From a virus (Duplodnaviria > Caudoviricetes), in IMG/VR virus record IMGVR_UViG_3300025061_000001, positions 1-57,516 of that record: DNA of 57,516 nucleotides; one strand, written 5' to 3'. Below the pieces are notes generated by a model. The model searched no databases, was not told where the DNA came from, and saw nothing but the letters and a program-made list of their open reading frames with translations. The position numbers were made by a program, and so were the translations under genes. Numbering within the stretch: the first letter of the stretch is position 1; every line of letters begins with the position of its first letter. This document shows positions 56,869-57,516 of the stretch, piece after piece.

Positions 56869-57396
56869 TCACTCTTGCTCCTTGCGTAGTTGTTCGATGT
56901 AATCTTGCAGGTCTGATACATCCACGAAGTGCGACTTGCCTTCCGCGTACGCTATTGAGGACTCAATACCTTCAATCTTCTTCTCTATGGCGAATTTGTT
57001 TATAGCTACTTTTAAAGGAAACTTGCATCTTTCGTATACTTCATTGGCGCTTTCCATGTTCGATGCGTTAATAATAAATTCAGCCCTTTCCTCTGCCAAA
57101 GCCTCCAACTCCCTCACACGCTCATTAGCCTTTGCTAGTTGTGCTGTTAGCGAGTCGATAATTTGTTGCTGGCTCACTGATGCTGTGTTGCTTACTGTTA
57201 CGCCGTTACCCATGCTCTTTCTCCTTACGTGTTGCGTTACGATAGGGTTCAAGTTAATTTGCAGAATACCACAACGCACGGCAAAAGCTAGATTGGTAAA
57301 GCGAAAGTGGCTTGGTTGCATGACCACACTATGTTCCTCGCTAAGTGTGCGCTGTGCGTCAGCCAGCGCTATGCTTTGTAAGAAAGATAAGCTCAT
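56869..57396 (-). CDS. Hypothetical coiled-coil protein
   Basis: ATG 57396 overlaps (ATGA) the stop of the 4-453 gene across the circular junction; a second RBS+ATG lies near 57213. Confidence 0.6.
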   Translation of the reverse strand: MSLSFLQSIALADAQRTLSEEHSVVMQPSHFRFTNLAFAVRCGILQINLNPIVTQHVRRKSMGNGVTVSNTASVSQQQIIDSLTAQLAKANERVRELEALAEERAEFIINASNMESANEVYERCKFPLKVAINKFAIEKKIEGIESSIAYAEGKSHFVDVSDLQDYIEQLRKEQE

Positions 57397-57516
57397 TCGC
57401 CACTCCAATAACCAAGACGCCTTTTGAACATACGTACACGCTTTAAACTTTGACGTTTAGTATCACGTATTTTCAACTCCTCCTTATAACGCTTTACGAA
57501 CTTAGTTTGCCAGGCG
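57390..57516. repeat. Terminal direct repeat copy 2 (identical to 1-127)
   Basis: Exact match to the window start. Confidence 0.9.

Noticed and set aside
1..57516. tRNA genes, integrase/repressor, introns, inteins, reverse transcriptase
   Set aside because: None recognised by eye; tRNAscan-SE and HMM searches would be needed to exclude them formally

Overview
The window is an apparently complete, circularly assembled genome (about 57.39 kb unique) of a tailed dsDNA siphophage. Bases 1-127 are repeated at 57390-57516. No integrase or repressor is recognisable, so it is probably virulent. Gene content resembles Queuovirinae/YuA-like phages, and a marine gammaproteobacterial host is only a guess. 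The + strand arm (2899-23686) carries replication and DNA metabolism: prim-pol/helicase, MazG, Sak4-like ATPase, SSB, PD-(D/E)XK nuclease, SF2 helicase, beta-clamp homologue and family-B polymerase. It also carries a 7-deazaguanine DNA-modification set (queE, queC, queD, folE, dpdA-like, plus a YhhQ-like transporter). The - strand arm carries tail, head, terminase, lysis, ligase, resolvase and many small genes. Five observations stand out. (1) Two homologous iteron/AT-rich origin-like loci bracket the roughly 10 kb small-gene block. (2) The MuF head protein has an N-terminal GNAT acetyltransferase domain and is preceded by an unannotated 55-aa ORF. (3) Scaffold and major capsid protein have matching N-terminal leaders ending VAG-[ND]-D, with no prohead protease recognised. 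(4) Three tandem paralogues share an unnamed ~60-aa domain. (5) A dispersed ~70-80 bp intergenic element occurs three times. All product calls come from motifs and synteny read by eye; no database search was run.
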